The position numbers were made by a program, and so were the translations under genes. A stretch of 64,000 bases of DNA from positions 3,286,001 to 3,350,000 of the forward strand of contig OZ251227.1 of the NCBI GenBank assembly GCA_965240325.2. Direction: 5' to 3'. Origin of the DNA: Rebecca billardiae RCC1528. Lineage: Eukaryota > Protista > Haptophyta. The notes below the pieces were generated by a model. The model saw only the letters and a list, made by a program, of their open reading frames with translations, ran no database searches and was not told the origin of the DNA. Positions 53,024 through 63,873 of this stretch are shown here, in pieces; positions within the stretch are counted from its first letter, which is position 1, and the number at the start of each line of letters is the position of its first letter.

Positions 53024-54370
53024 TCAGTCCTCCGGCTCGGGCGAGGGCATCGGCTCCGCCGCCTCGCCGAGCGCGCGCACGCGCATGAGCCCGCCGTCCG
53101 GGAAGATGGAGACGCGCACGTGCGTCACGCGGCCGATCGCCGCGCCGTCGAACGCCGCCCCCGACTTGAACCTGTGCTCGGCGCTCGGCCCGACGCGCGT
53201 GCGCGGCAGCAGCGTACGCCACTCCACGGCGCCGCGGCCGCTGCCGAGAAGGTCGGCCGTGCGCGCGCTCGGCGCGTCGCACGCCTCGATGAGCACGGAC
53301 TCGGGGTAGTTGCCGCGGAAGTGGTTCGTGTCGATGACGAACTCGTCGATCGACTTGGCCACCGCCGCGAGCCGGAGCACCGACCAGTCGCACACGCCGG
53401 GCATTTTGACGAACCCGGTCTGAGCGTCAACCTCCATCACCGCAGGCCGGCCCGGGTTGCGCGCGGTCTCCCAGCCGGCGCCCATGTTCTCGCCGCGGCC
53501 GGGGCGGAGGAGGTTGCGCGGCTCGCCGTAGTGCCGGTTCGAGCAGCCCAGCGCGCGCGCGCCGAGCATCGCCGAGAGCAGGTCCACCCGCCCGACAGCG
53601 GCCGGGTCCAGAGCCTTGTGGAAGTCGACGGCCGCGACGCCCCACGCGCGCACGCGCGCGATGCCGCCGTCCGGGTGCTGGTTGACGCGCAGGTGGGTGA
53701 TGCGCTTGGTCGCGAGGCCGCGCGGCACGCGGAAGCGGTGCACCGACTCGCCCGTGTCCGCGCCGTACCCCGGGCGCAGCGGCGAGATCGGCAGCAGCTC
53801 GTGCCACTCAGCGGCGGCCGCGCACGCCGCCTCGGCCGCGCCGATCTGCTCGGCGCTGCTCGCGCTGCCCTGCACGCCGAGCGTGTCGCGCGCGCCCGCG
53901 CCGAGCCACGCGTCGTCGTCGACCGCGGCGCCCACCTCCGCGCCGAGCACGCGCACCGCCGGCACCTGGTTCCCCGTGAAGTGCGCCGTGTCAATCTCGA
54001 GGCCGTGCACGTACCCTGGCAGGCCCAGCCGGACGATCGCCCAGTCGTGGCCGGCCGTGCGGCGGCGGCGGGTCTCCCAGCCGTCCATCACCTTGCCCTG
54101 CTCGCAGAACGCATCCGGGTCGAACACCGCCGGCGTCGGCTTGAGCATGTTCTGCGCCACCGCGAACCACTCGTCGGTCGCAAAGATGGCGCGGCCGCCG
54201 ACGCCCTCGTCCGCCAGATCGGTCAGCTCGGAGAAGCGCTGCGCGAGCTCGGCGTCGAGCTCGTCGGGGGCGTCGGTGTGGGCGAGCGCGCGGCGGCAGG
54301 CGCCCGCGTACGCCGGGCGCGCGCTGCGCGCGACAGGCCGCCGCATGGCGGCGGTGACGAGCGCGTGCAT
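53024..54370 (-). CDS. ALLC: Allantoicase (two allantoicase repeats); start at 54370 or 54346
   Basis: ATDEWFAVA.NML, KVMDGWETRRRRTAGHDWAIVRLG, IDTAHFTGN, HPDGGIARVR, GWETARNP and IFPDGGLMRVR. Confidence 0.95.
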   Translation of the reverse strand: MHALVTAAMRRPVARSARPAYAGACRRALAHTDAPDELDAELAQRFSELTDLADEGVGGRAIFATDEWFAVAQNMLKPTPAVFDPDAFCEQGKVMDGWETRRRRTAGHDWAIVRLGLPGYVHGLEIDTAHFTGNQVPAVRVLGAEVGAAVDDDAWLGAGARDTLGVQGSASSAEQIGAAEAACAAAAEWHELLPISPLRPGYGADTGESVHRFRVPRGLATKRITHLRVNQHPDGGIARVRAWGVAAVDFHKALDPAAVGRVDLLSAMLGARALGCSNRHYGEPRNLLRPGRGENMGAGWETARNPGRPAVMEVDAQTGFVKMPGVCDWSVLRLAAVAKSIDEFVIDTNHFRGNYPESVLIEACDAPSARTADLLGSGRGAVEWRTLLPRTRVGPSAEHRFKSGAAFDGAAIGRVTHVRVSIFPDGGLMRVRALGEAAEPMPSPEPED

Positions 54371-55092
54371 CGCGGCGACAGTCGTCGGCTTGGGCAGCCC
54401 GTGGACGGAGCGCTCCAGCGCAGCTTCGATGCTGCGGCGTGCACGCGACGAAATCTTTGATGCGCGCACTTTCGTCATTATTTTCGTTCGGAGTTCAGTC
54501 TGTACCGCCGTGGTCGCTCGCGGAACCTGATGCACTCACAATGAGTTACAACAGTTACACAAACATTGTCGTATCATAACGTCTAGATAACGATGCGGCC
54601 AATGTGACTGTGTAAGCGGTGATCGACGTAGCCTCAGTAAACTGTACTTACATCGGCCTCACCTGACACTCTATGCAGCTTGGTGTGACGTGCTACTAGG
54701 ACTGCCACTGCCTATGCCTTTGAACTTAACTGTAATGCATCATACTGTAACAGCAAACAGCCACACGCAGGCTGCGGGGTGCGGGCGCAAGTCGGCCGAG
54801 CGGTCACGGAGCGGTGTACTGTATCATGGCACTCGGCAGAATGCCCGCGCACACGCCCCAACCGCGGCCCACGGTCAGCACAGCGCCCCACTTGGACGCT
54901 CGGGCAGTACGCCGCACGCAGCCTGCTTGGCGTGTGCTGCTGATGCGGCTGAGCTGCCGATCGGATGCGCACCCGAGCCGCGTGCCGCGCCACGCGCGCC
55001 GCACAACGCCTCCGGGCCTCCGGGCAGCTCCTGCCACCGGCGGCCCCCGACCAGCTAGTCTGGCCAGGCCGCCGCGCGCGCGCGCGCGCTGC

Positions 55093-56250
55093 TCACGGCT
55101 CGTACCCGAAGACGTCGAAGGCCTTGCGCCACCGTCGGTACACGAGCCGCTTCAGGCCGTCCGGCAGCTCGCGGAAGGCGTTCTTCTGGTAAGCCGCGAG
55201 CGTCGCGCAGTATGTTTCCAGCTCAGCCGCGCGCGGCATCGGCCAGCCAAAGTGCGCGTAGATGGCGCGCACGCCCGCGGCCGGGTCCCGCTCGAACTCG
55301 TCGAAGCGCAGCTCGAGCAGCCGCGACGGCGGCAGCGCGGCGCGCTGCCGCAGGTACTCGTCGAGCAGCAGCTCGAACTGCGAGAGGATGAACTCCTGAA
55401 TCTGCATGTCGGTTGGATCATCCAGGTAGGTCAGACTGTACGTCTTCTCGGCCATGTTCGCCGCGGAGAGGAAGATCTCGTACGGGTGGCGGTGGATGTA
55501 GATGAACGACGACCGCGGGAAGAGGCGGTCGAGCAGCGCGATGCGCGCCGTGTGCGGCGGCGACTTGAGCAGCATGCGGCGGCCGCGGTAGCCACCGGCC
55601 AGCAGAGCGGACTTGCGTAGGAGCTCCAGCAGCCCCGCGCGCCACGCCTCGAGCAGCCCCGGCGCCGCGCGCTCGAACGTGAACAGCGGGAAGTAATCCT
55701 TGGCGCGCGTCATGAAGAGCAGCGGCATGTACGTCGAGACGCCGCCCGAGAGCTGCGTGGTGCCGAGCTCGTCCTCCTGGGGCATGTCGAGGCCGAGCTC
55801 CATGTTGTCCATCGGACGCGTCCTCGGGAGCGACAGCCCCACCAGCCGCTTCAGCGGGCGCAGCGTCAGGCACGTCGCCGGGAAGCAGCACGAGTACGTC
55901 GTGGGGAAGATGAACGACGCGTCGTCGATCGCGAGCAGATTGTACACGAGCGTGGTACCCGTGCGCGGGTGGCCGAGGATGAAGACCGGGTCGTCCCGGA
56001 CCTCCTGGCGCGACACGGCTCGGCCGTACGCCAGCCAATCGACGACGCTGACCAGCGAGTTGACGCACGCCGCCACGGTGAGCGCGAGCACGCGGTGGCC
56101 GTACAGCAGCCAGTTCACGTCGCGCGCGCGCTCGCGCAGGACGCGGAGCCACGCGGAGAGCGTCATGCCCATGACGATCGAGGTCATGTTCCATCGGTTC
56201 TCGCGCTTGAAGCGGCGCAGCTCGTCGGCCGCGAAGGCCGGCGCCTCCAT
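55093..56250 (-). CDS. PAPS-dependent sulfotransferase (Sulfotransfer_3 / mycobacterial Stf3-like)
   Basis: PVFILGHPRTGTTL (5'-PSB loop), TRPMDNM, PQEDE, LLKSPPHTARI and FIYIHRHP. ATG at 56250. Confidence 0.88.
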   Translation of the reverse strand: MEAPAFAADELRRFKRENRWNMTSIVMGMTLSAWLRVLRERARDVNWLLYGHRVLALTVAACVNSLVSVVDWLAYGRAVSRQEVRDDPVFILGHPRTGTTLVYNLLAIDDASFIFPTTYSCCFPATCLTLRPLKRLVGLSLPRTRPMDNMELGLDMPQEDELGTTQLSGGVSTYMPLLFMTRAKDYFPLFTFERAAPGLLEAWRAGLLELLRKSALLAGGYRGRRMLLKSPPHTARIALLDRLFPRSSFIYIHRHPYEIFLSAANMAEKTYSLTYLDDPTDMQIQEFILSQFELLLDEYLRQRAALPPSRLLELRFDEFERDPAAGVRAIYAHFGWPMPRAAELETYCATLAAYQKNAFRELPDGLKRLVYRRWRKAFDVFGYEP

Positions 56251-56735
56251 CGAGGCGTCACCAGGCGCGCGTCGTCGTGTGGGCGGCGCTGAGCGACGGC
56301 AGCGTCGAGCGCGTGCCCCACGCCGAGCTGCGCTTGCGTGCGCGCGATGGTCGGCGCCGTCCGGCGATGCTCCGCAGCAATCGATCTCGCGCGCGGACGC
56401 CATCATCATTGTGTGGATCCGGACGCACGCCAAGATTTTATTAGATTTCCGGCGGATGGTTTCATCAGCTTTTTCACTTTTTGATGGGCGTTGCCGCGTT
56501 GCCGTGCCGACCATCCGCCGTCATTCCGTGTCACAGAAGAACTTCCGCCTCCGGCTCCGAGCCTCTCCTCATGCGGACTCCTCGACCGTCGGCCGACCGA
56601 CGAGGTCGTTCAAATTCATGTGTAGTCATCATGCACGATCAAGCGCGCGCTCGTCTGCAGGTTTAGTTCTGAGTTTGAATAACTGCATGTATACGTGCTG
56701 CAGTAAGACAGCAGTTCACGGATCGAGTTCAGGCT

Positions 56736-57938
56736 TCAGCGCGGCGTGTGGGCACCGTGACCGCCGGCAGCACCGCCGACACCTCGCAGCTCCAGGCCGC
56801 TCATGCCGGCTGCGGATGCGCCGCGGCCGCCGCCTCCCTCGCGAGCGTCGCGCAAGTTGTCCACTGGGCGCAGCGGCAGGAACGAGCCGTGCGCATGCGG
56901 CCGCTTGCCCGCCTCTCGCGCCTCCGCGGCGGCGCGCTGCGTCGCGTAATCGCCGGCCGCCTTCTGGTGAGGCCAAGTGCCACTCGGAGAGGCGCGTGCG
57001 GACGTGCCGAAGGTGCGCGGCTTGGCGGCGGCGCGGGCCTGCGCACGCTCGGCGCTGCGATAGCCCACCGCCTGCCCCAGCCCTGCCCCTGGCGGCGGCG
57101 GCGGCGGCGGCGGAGGCGCCGCCCCCGCGGCGCCCGCCAGCGGCCCGGCCGGCCGAGCGCCCGCCGCGTGCTGCTCGGAAAGTCGAATCCAGCACCCGCT
57201 ACTCGGCACGTCGTGGCGAGACTCGAGCGGCACAGCGGGCGGCACGCGGCCGATGGAGGTGGCACGCGCCACCTCGCTCTCGCTCAGCAGCACCTCGCCC
57301 GTCTGCGCCGCGTTCAGCCGCTCCCACCACGGGTCCGGTCCGGGCAGCGTCGAGCGAGACTCGTCGACCGCGCCGCGCGGCTGGTGCGCCGTCGCGCGCG
57401 CGCGCGCCGACGCGTCGCGCGCGAGGGCGGTCGCCGGGTGTGGTGCCGGCACGAGCCGCCGCGCGAGAGCGGCCTGCGGTGCCGCTGCGCCCTCGAGCCG
57501 CGCCGTCCGAGCCGACGCCGGCCGCGGCCGTCGGCGCGCCGCCTCTTGGTGGCCCCATGTGCCGCTCGGTGTTGCACGCGCACTCAGCGGCATGCTGTAC
57601 GCGGGCGTCGTGGGCGGCAGCCCGCGCTCGGGGAAGAGCGAGCGGCATGACTCGACGCGTCGGCGCTCCGCCTCGACGGCTGCCGCCGGCGGCGCGCTGC
57701 TGGCTGACAGCCGGCGCGACGCATGCGGCGCCGGCGCAGCGTGCGGGCCAATCCGCGCGCGCGCGAGCGCGTGGTTCGCACGCCGCAGCACGCTCGACAT
57801 CTCGGCAGCGGACAGCGGCGGCACCTCGTCGTCATCCGCCGCCTCCACGGCGCCACCTGGCGGCAGCAGCAGATCTGACGGCCCAGGCGGGAGCCCGCCG
57901 AGGTGCGTCTCGAATGCGTCGTCACCGGCGGACGCCAT
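56736..57938 (-). CDS. Hypothetical protein (~400 aa)
   Basis: ATG at 57938 (MASAGDDAFETHL), divergent from the next gene. Protein-like composition but no motif recognised. Confidence 0.5.
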   Translation of the reverse strand: MASAGDDAFETHLGGLPPGPSDLLLPPGGAVEAADDDEVPPLSAAEMSSVLRRANHALARARIGPHAAPAPHASRRLSASSAPPAAAVEAERRRVESCRSLFPERGLPPTTPAYSMPLSARATPSGTWGHQEAARRRPRPASARTARLEGAAAPQAALARRLVPAPHPATALARDASARARATAHQPRGAVDESRSTLPGPDPWWERLNAAQTGEVLLSESEVARATSIGRVPPAVPLESRHDVPSSGCWIRLSEQHAAGARPAGPLAGAAGAAPPPPPPPPPGAGLGQAVGYRSAERAQARAAAKPRTFGTSARASPSGTWPHQKAAGDYATQRAAAEAREAGKRPHAHGSFLPLRPVDNLRDAREGGGGRGASAAGMSGLELRGVGGAAGGHGAHTPR

Positions 57939-58120
57939 CTCGATTCTCGCAACGGCTTGCACAGGCTGGCCGCTCGCTCGCCGATTTTCGGGCGGCGAAC
58001 AATTCAAAATCACAGACGCGGCGCCCCCACCGCTTCCGCGTGTCGCCGACTTGCCGCTCGCCACTGGTCATTTGTCAACGGCCGCCACCCGACCATCGGC
58101 GCGCGCCCGAGTGACGGCCA

Positions 58121-59245
58121 ATGCCTCGGTTTACTGCGTGGGCGGAGGAAGGCCCGCGCAAGCGCACGGCGAGCGAGGCGCTGCTGGACGACGATGGCCC
58201 GTTCGGCCTTGCCCCGATACACGCCACGCCATCCGCCATCCCCGCCGACGGCCGCGACGACTGGGATCTCTCTCAGCGCGTCGAGCTGGACGATGCGCAC
58301 GGCGACAAGTCGTATGACGCGCTCTTCGGGAAGCTGGCCCAGCTCGCGCCGAGCATCAACTCGACGACGGTGAACGGTGTGTTCAACAAGGACGAGTTGC
58401 TGCACCTTCTCGAGGCCAACGACATCCGAGTCGCCAAGTCCGCGCCGAAGGCAAGGATCATCATCGAGGTTCTGCGCAGCATCAAGGACGGTCGGATCGC
58501 GAAGCGGCCCTCGGTGTCTGCGGGCGCGGACGGCGCGGAGACGGCCGCGCCGGATGACGAGGAGGACACGCAGCCACCCGATGGGTACGAGGAAGAGCCC
58601 ATGCCCACGCCCATCGCCGAGACCCACGCCTCCGCGCCGCCGCCGCCGCCGCCGCCGCCGTCGCTCGACCCGTTCGAGCAGCGCTTTTTCTACCGAGCCT
58701 TCACGGGCACGCTGGGCGAGGAAGAGCGCGGCGCCGACGCGCAGCGTGAGACGCGCTCGATCGGCGTGCAGGTCTGCATGCCGCCTGTCGACCCGCCCGA
58801 AGTGCCCGCGCTGCTCGAGCCGGCTGGCCTGACCGGCACCGACGACGGGGCGACACCAGCGCTCTGCTCGCAGCCGTGGTCACAGCCTCTCTCAGCCGCG
58901 CGCGCGCCCGGCTCGGCAGACGCAACGCCGCAGCACACTGGCGACATGGACGAGCGCGTGCGCAAGGTGCGCAAGATGCTGCGCTCCGGCCAGTCGGCCC
59001 ATTCGGACGAGGAGATCCGCCGCGCGCTCGCCGACCACGGCTGGAGCGTGCTCAGCGCGCTGCATGTGCTCAAGTCTGGCGCGGGCGCAGGCGGCTCCGG
59101 CTCTGCCAGGGCAGCTGCGCCCGCCGCCAGCGGCGCTGAAGCCGCGCGCCGCCCAGCCGTCGGCGTGCTGCAGGCATCCAACGAGCATGCGCGCGCGCGG
59201 CGAGCATGGGAGCAGCGGTTCCTTGCCAGCGACGAGGTCTTCTGA
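58121..59245 (+). CDS. Hypothetical protein with a C-terminal UBA/CUE-like helical bundle
   Basis: Acidic, protein-like ORF. DERVRKVRKML...SDEEIRRALADHGWSVLSALHVL resembles UBA-like domains. Confidence 0.65.
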   Translation: MPRFTAWAEEGPRKRTASEALLDDDGPFGLAPIHATPSAIPADGRDDWDLSQRVELDDAHGDKSYDALFGKLAQLAPSINSTTVNGVFNKDELLHLLEANDIRVAKSAPKARIIIEVLRSIKDGRIAKRPSVSAGADGAETAAPDDEEDTQPPDGYEEEPMPTPIAETHASAPPPPPPPPSLDPFEQRFFYRAFTGTLGEEERGADAQRETRSIGVQVCMPPVDPPEVPALLEPAGLTGTDDGATPALCSQPWSQPLSAARAPGSADATPQHTGDMDERVRKVRKMLRSGQSAHSDEEIRRALADHGWSVLSALHVLKSGAGAGGSGSARAAAPAASGAEAARRPAVGVLQASNEHARARRAWEQRFLASDEVF

Positions 59246-60510
59246 CAAAGCTGCGGGCCGGTCCGAGTTCTCCCAGACCCAGTGCACGTTCGTTGCCGCA
59301 TGCATGCACATCATGCTGTCATCACTGACGCTCATCACGTCACTATGACTCGTCAGTCATATGTATCCGGCGCGGGATATTGGCACTCGAAAGGTGGCGT
59401 GCCGATAAGACGGCGACGAATCGTGGTACGCATACATTTATTATCGTCATGAAGTCGACGATTCTATATCTGATGACTAATCGCGCGTCCCGCGGTCCGC
59501 ACTCCGCCGCGCGGACTGCGGAGCTGACGCGACCGGCCCGGCTTGCGGGGACAGCGCTCATATCTCACATCTGCCACCGTGCCCATAGTACTAGTATTAT
59601 AGTAGCAGTAGACACATCGCCGTCATTCTGTTCATGCATGCGCAAGCAGTGACGAAATAATATGCCCTTAATAATGGCATAGTGACGGCAGTAACTTAAG
59701 TCTGCGTACTCGGCTCACAAACAGCAGATACTGATGATACTAGTGATAGACGACGACATGCACCCACCGCGCTGCCAAGTGCTGTCACACACCGCATGGC
59801 CAGTGCCATCAGCCGGCCGCCGGGGAGCGGTCCCACGCCTCCCAAGTCACAGGGCGCTGGGCCGTCAGTGCGTCAAGACTACTGCTCAGACTCAGAGGCG
59901 TCAGTGGTCGTCAGAGCAGCAGTACTCAGCAGTCTCAGAGTCAGACGATCGCGATCGACTACCCGCGCATGATATCGTCGCCGCCGACTGGCGACTCGCC
60001 GCTGGCGGCCTGGCGGGCCCGCGGCCGCGGATCCGGGACCGGTCATACGACGTCCACGGTGGCGCACTGACTACGGGCGGTGGCGCCGAGGCGGCCCGAG
60101 CCCCGGCACTGTGACTGACTGACGACCCTGCCGACCGGGGATGACTGTTACTTAGACTACGTACGATTTGGCCTCTGCCCTCTGGATATGTAATTGGTTG
60201 TATGTATGGGAAACGGCCATGCGGAACGCGGTCCCTGCCTCAGCCTTCTTCGTTGATGTCGTCCGCGTCGTGTTGAGCCGCTCGGCTGAGAACGAGTCCT
60301 CGGGCTCGGAGTGGCCCGCAATCCGATTGGCGGCGCTGCTCACTGGGCCGGGGACCACGCCCATGGTGCGTGACCAATCTGACGGCGTCTGGCGCATGGA
60401 GGCTGGGCGAGTCGGGCATACCTCAGAAGACGCCAAAATCTGCGACAACACCCAGATCGCGAATCAGCAAGCTGAGCAAGTGCCCGGCCATGAGCTCGTC
60501 GTCGCGCTGG

Positions 60511-61019
60511 CTATGTGTCGAGGTAGTTGGCTGCCATCAGCAGCTCGAGTGCGTGCTCCGGCTCAATCTTGAACTCTGGCAAGTGCCCCTCCTTGTTGTT
60601 CGTGTACTTGAGCTTGTAGTAGAAGTACTGGATCGTCTTCTCCAGTGTTCTTGTCGTGATCTCCGGGAAGCGGATCTCGCCCTGCGACGTCTCCGTGTAC
60701 GTGCCTGCGTGGCGACAGGGCGCGAGCACGCGCGCGCGGGCAGGTCGGGCGTGTCGGTGGGGCGCCGCACGGGCCGCTGCCATCGGACGCTGCGCGCTGC
60801 GCGAGTCCTCGCGCGCACCGGCGCCCTGCAGCATCGACTTGATCGTGTTAGAAACGATCGCAGCGTTCCTGTCGATGATGAACTCGTGGCCTTCGGCGCT
60901 GATGAGCTTCACCTGCGGCAGCGGGTGGCAGAGTGCGCAAGACGTGTGAGCGAAGCTGGGCCCGAGCGCCCCTGCCCTCCCGGCGCTCGGGTTCCACGCA
61001 CATATTCTGTCTCCGCCAT
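60511..61019 (-). CDS. ELOC: Elongin C; exons 61019-61002, 60912-60819 and 60704-60511 (101 aa)
   Basis: MAETEY|VKLISAEGHEFII...SNTIKSMLQGAG|TYTE...IRFPEITTRTLEK.IQYFYYK...PEFKIEPEHALELLMAANYLDT. Confidence 0.95.
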
Positions 61020-61199
61020 GACTGTGGCCACCCACTCTCGCCACCGCCGCCGCCACCCTGGCGAGCTCGTTACTTCACAAGGCTCGACGAAGCAAGAGCA
61101 AGAGACGAGTTGTTTTATTAAAAGGCGGGTTTTACTACTTGCGGCGGATTTTCTTTCACCGAGACGGCCGCACGTCCACGTCGCGCTTGCGCAATCAGC

Positions 61200-61949
61200 A
61201 TGCGGCCCTCCCTCGTCGCGCTCGCGATCGGCATCGCAGCTGCGAGCGCCGCGCCGGCCGACAGACTGACGCCGCGACGCGGCCATGTGGACTCGGCCGT
61301 TCTAGCCTCCGCTCGCCCGCCGCTCGTTCGCCTCACGCGAGGCGGTGCCGCCCAGCCTGCGCCGCCGCGCTCGGCACTCGCCGACGCGTGCAAGAAGATT
61401 GCCAACGAACACATGCGCGGCATTATATTCGGCGGGCTGGACGGTATCCTCACGACGTTCGCCATCATGGCGGCTTCGGTGGGCGCGCGCCAGAAGGCGA
61501 CGACCACGCTCGTGCTCGGCCTCTCGACGCTGCTCGCAGACGCGTTCTCGATGGCGGGCGGCGAGTACCTCTCGGCAAAAGCCGAGAACGAGCTTCTGGA
61601 CGAGAAGGCGGCGCGGCGCGCGCTGCTGGAGCACGAGCCGTCGCCCTTCGCGAAGGGCGTGGCGATGTTCATCGCCTTCCTCCTCTTCGGCTCGATCCCG
61701 CTCATCGGCTTTGTCGGCTCGCACGCCATCTCGCACCACCTGGGCGAGCTGGCGGACGTCGAGCACTCGCTCATCTCGATCGGCGTGACAGTGCTGGCGA
61801 TGTTCGGCCTCGGCGCGCTCAAGAGCCAGTTCGGGAAGGGGTCGTGGCTCAAGGCGGGCGGCGAGGTGGTGCTCGTCGGCGGGGGCGCGGCCTCGGTCGC
61901 CTACTTCACCGCTCTGGCCGCGGACCGGCTGGCCGAGCGTACGGGATGA
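61200..61949 (+). CDS. VIT1/CCC1-family iron/manganese transporter with an N-terminal signal peptide
   Basis: IIFGGLDGILTTFAIMAASVGA, LLADAFSMAGGEYLS and FLLFGSIPL, with five TM-like segments. Leader MRPSLVALAIGIAAASA. Confidence 0.9.
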   Translation: MRPSLVALAIGIAAASAAPADRLTPRRGHVDSAVLASARPPLVRLTRGGAAQPAPPRSALADACKKIANEHMRGIIFGGLDGILTTFAIMAASVGARQKATTTLVLGLSTLLADAFSMAGGEYLSAKAENELLDEKAARRALLEHEPSPFAKGVAMFIAFLLFGSIPLIGFVGSHAISHHLGELADVEHSLISIGVTVLAMFGLGALKSQFGKGSWLKAGGEVVLVGGGAASVAYFTALAADRLAERTG

Positions 61950-62079
61950 TACAGTTTGCTTTTTAATTAATAAGAAAATACAATACGCGCTACACGCCTG
62001 AGACAGCCTATACACTACTACGACTAGGTCATATGTATATATATATATCGAAAAATTAAGCATATATATATCATAGCTT

Positions 62080-62111
<32 letters not shown>

Positions 62112-62556
62112 TAATATCGTCGTCTGATCGTCATCTATCCGTCAGGCGCGGACGCGGAGTGCCGTAGTTATATATATAGACTGATGATACTGATTCACGA
62201 CTGATATTCGTCCGCGACACACGTACAGCCCCGACGGTGACGAGTTGATGACGTCGCAGTAACTAATAACCTTATATATATATATATATATAATTCATGA
62301 CTGGGCTTGAGGGCCGCGTGCATGTCAATTCAGGCGCGCGTGAGTCCGGCGAGGAGCTAGCGGGCGGTGTGCGGGTCACGATTTATATATGGCGGCACTT
62401 GTTCGAAGCCTGAGAGTGAGAGAGCATTCTGGGCTCCGTGCAGAGTGCATTGCCTCGCCTGTCGGGCTTGGCCGGCTTGGGAGGCTCAGAGCACGCCACG
62501 GTTCGCCGACGGTAGCGTCACCACCATGCGCTGGCGCGCGCGGGCAGGCGCGCGCG

Positions 62557-63873
62557 TCAGTCGTCGTCCGGCAGCTCCTTGTCCGACATGATCACCGACG
62601 CGTGCTTCACGCCCATCACGATGTCGTGCGCGAGCTCGAGCGCGCGCTCGAACGTCGCGCCGTGCTGCTCGACGTCGAGCACCGAGTCCGGGAGCTCGGC
62701 GAGCACGCGGCCGAGCGCGCGGCGCGCGTAGCTGCCAAAGGCCACCCCGTGCACGCCCTCCTCGGTGTTCAGCAGCCCGCGCACCGCGAGCCGGTGCGCG
62801 GTGTGCGCGTTCGCGCCGCCCGCGACGCTCGCGAAGTGCAGCCCTTCGCCGAGCGGCACGGGCCGCTCCGAGATGACGCGCGCGGCGAGCTCGACCGCAG
62901 GCGCGGACGCGCCCATGCCCACGTCACCGGACATTGGCCGGCCGTCGAGTTGCCACATGAGCGGGAGGCGCGGCGCCGAGCCGTCGGCGTGCACCACCGC
63001 GTCGAGCGCGCGCATCTCCGAGCCCATCCCCTCGCCGAGGTCGGGCGTCGAGATGGCGAGCAGCTGCAGCGCGCGCGCCGCGTCCGCGCCGATCTCGTCC
63101 CAGAGCTCTGCGAATTGTCCGCTCGCGCCGCGCCCCTTGCGCGTATGGATCTCGAGCGCGTCGACGCGGCCGAGCATCGAGCGGACGTGCGGGATGTCGG
63201 TGACGTGCACGTACGTGCCGATCCGCTCGTACGGGCACACGGGCACGCACCGGCCGCAGCCGTAGCACCGCTCGGTGAGAACGCCCTCGCGGGGCGACGG
63301 CGCGTCGGCGGCGCCGGCGCCGGCGCCGACGGAGGCGCTCAGGATGGAGTCGAGGATGGCGTCGGCGGGGCAGACGGGCACGCACGGGCGCGGGCAGTCG
63401 GGCGGGCAGGCGGACGCGTCGAACGTCGCCTTGCGGAAGTGCACGTCGTCCTCGCCGTCCTGGATGCTCAGCATGAGCCACGGCGCGCGCACAGGCACGT
63501 GCGCCGCTTGGCCCAGCTCAAGGGCCGCCGAGACGCCCGCCTCGGCGGCGGCGAGCACGGCCTCGTCGGCGCACAGGTCGATGCAGTCGACCCCGCTAAG
63601 CGTGAAGAGCAGCGCCAGGTTGCGGATCGACGGCACGTCCTGGTTCGACGCGCCGCAGATCAGCTTGACCCACCGGCCCGCATGCAGCGAGTCCATCGGC
63701 TCAAGAGGCGGCGGCGCGGCGCCGAGCGTGCGCCGCGCGGCGTCCGTGGCGGCCGCCGGCGCGGGGCGCGGGGCGCGCACCGCGGAGCTGCCCGCGGCTG
63801 GGCGCGCCCCCACCGCGCAGCCGAGCGCGAGCGCGAGCGCCGCCAGCGCGCGTGGCGTGGACGGCGGCAGCAT
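62557..63873 (-). CDS. ldpA: LdpA-like iron-sulfur protein (2x4Fe-4S) with a probable bipartite plastid leader
   Basis: WVKLICGASNQD, GVDCID, DGEDDVHFRKATFD..CPPDCPRPCVPVCP, CYGCGRCVPVCP and WQLDGRPMSGDVG. Leader MLPPSTPRALAALALALGC from ATG 63873. Confidence 0.9.
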   Translation of the reverse strand: MLPPSTPRALAALALALGCAVGARPAAGSSAVRAPRPAPAAATDAARRTLGAAPPPLEPMDSLHAGRWVKLICGASNQDVPSIRNLALLFTLSGVDCIDLCADEAVLAAAEAGVSAALELGQAAHVPVRAPWLMLSIQDGEDDVHFRKATFDASACPPDCPRPCVPVCPADAILDSILSASVGAGAGAADAPSPREGVLTERCYGCGRCVPVCPYERIGTYVHVTDIPHVRSMLGRVDALEIHTRKGRGASGQFAELWDEIGADAARALQLLAISTPDLGEGMGSEMRALDAVVHADGSAPRLPLMWQLDGRPMSGDVGMGASAPAVELAARVISERPVPLGEGLHFASVAGGANAHTAHRLAVRGLLNTEEGVHGVAFGSYARRALGRVLAELPDSVLDVEQHGATFERALELAHDIVMGVKHASVIMSDKELPDDD

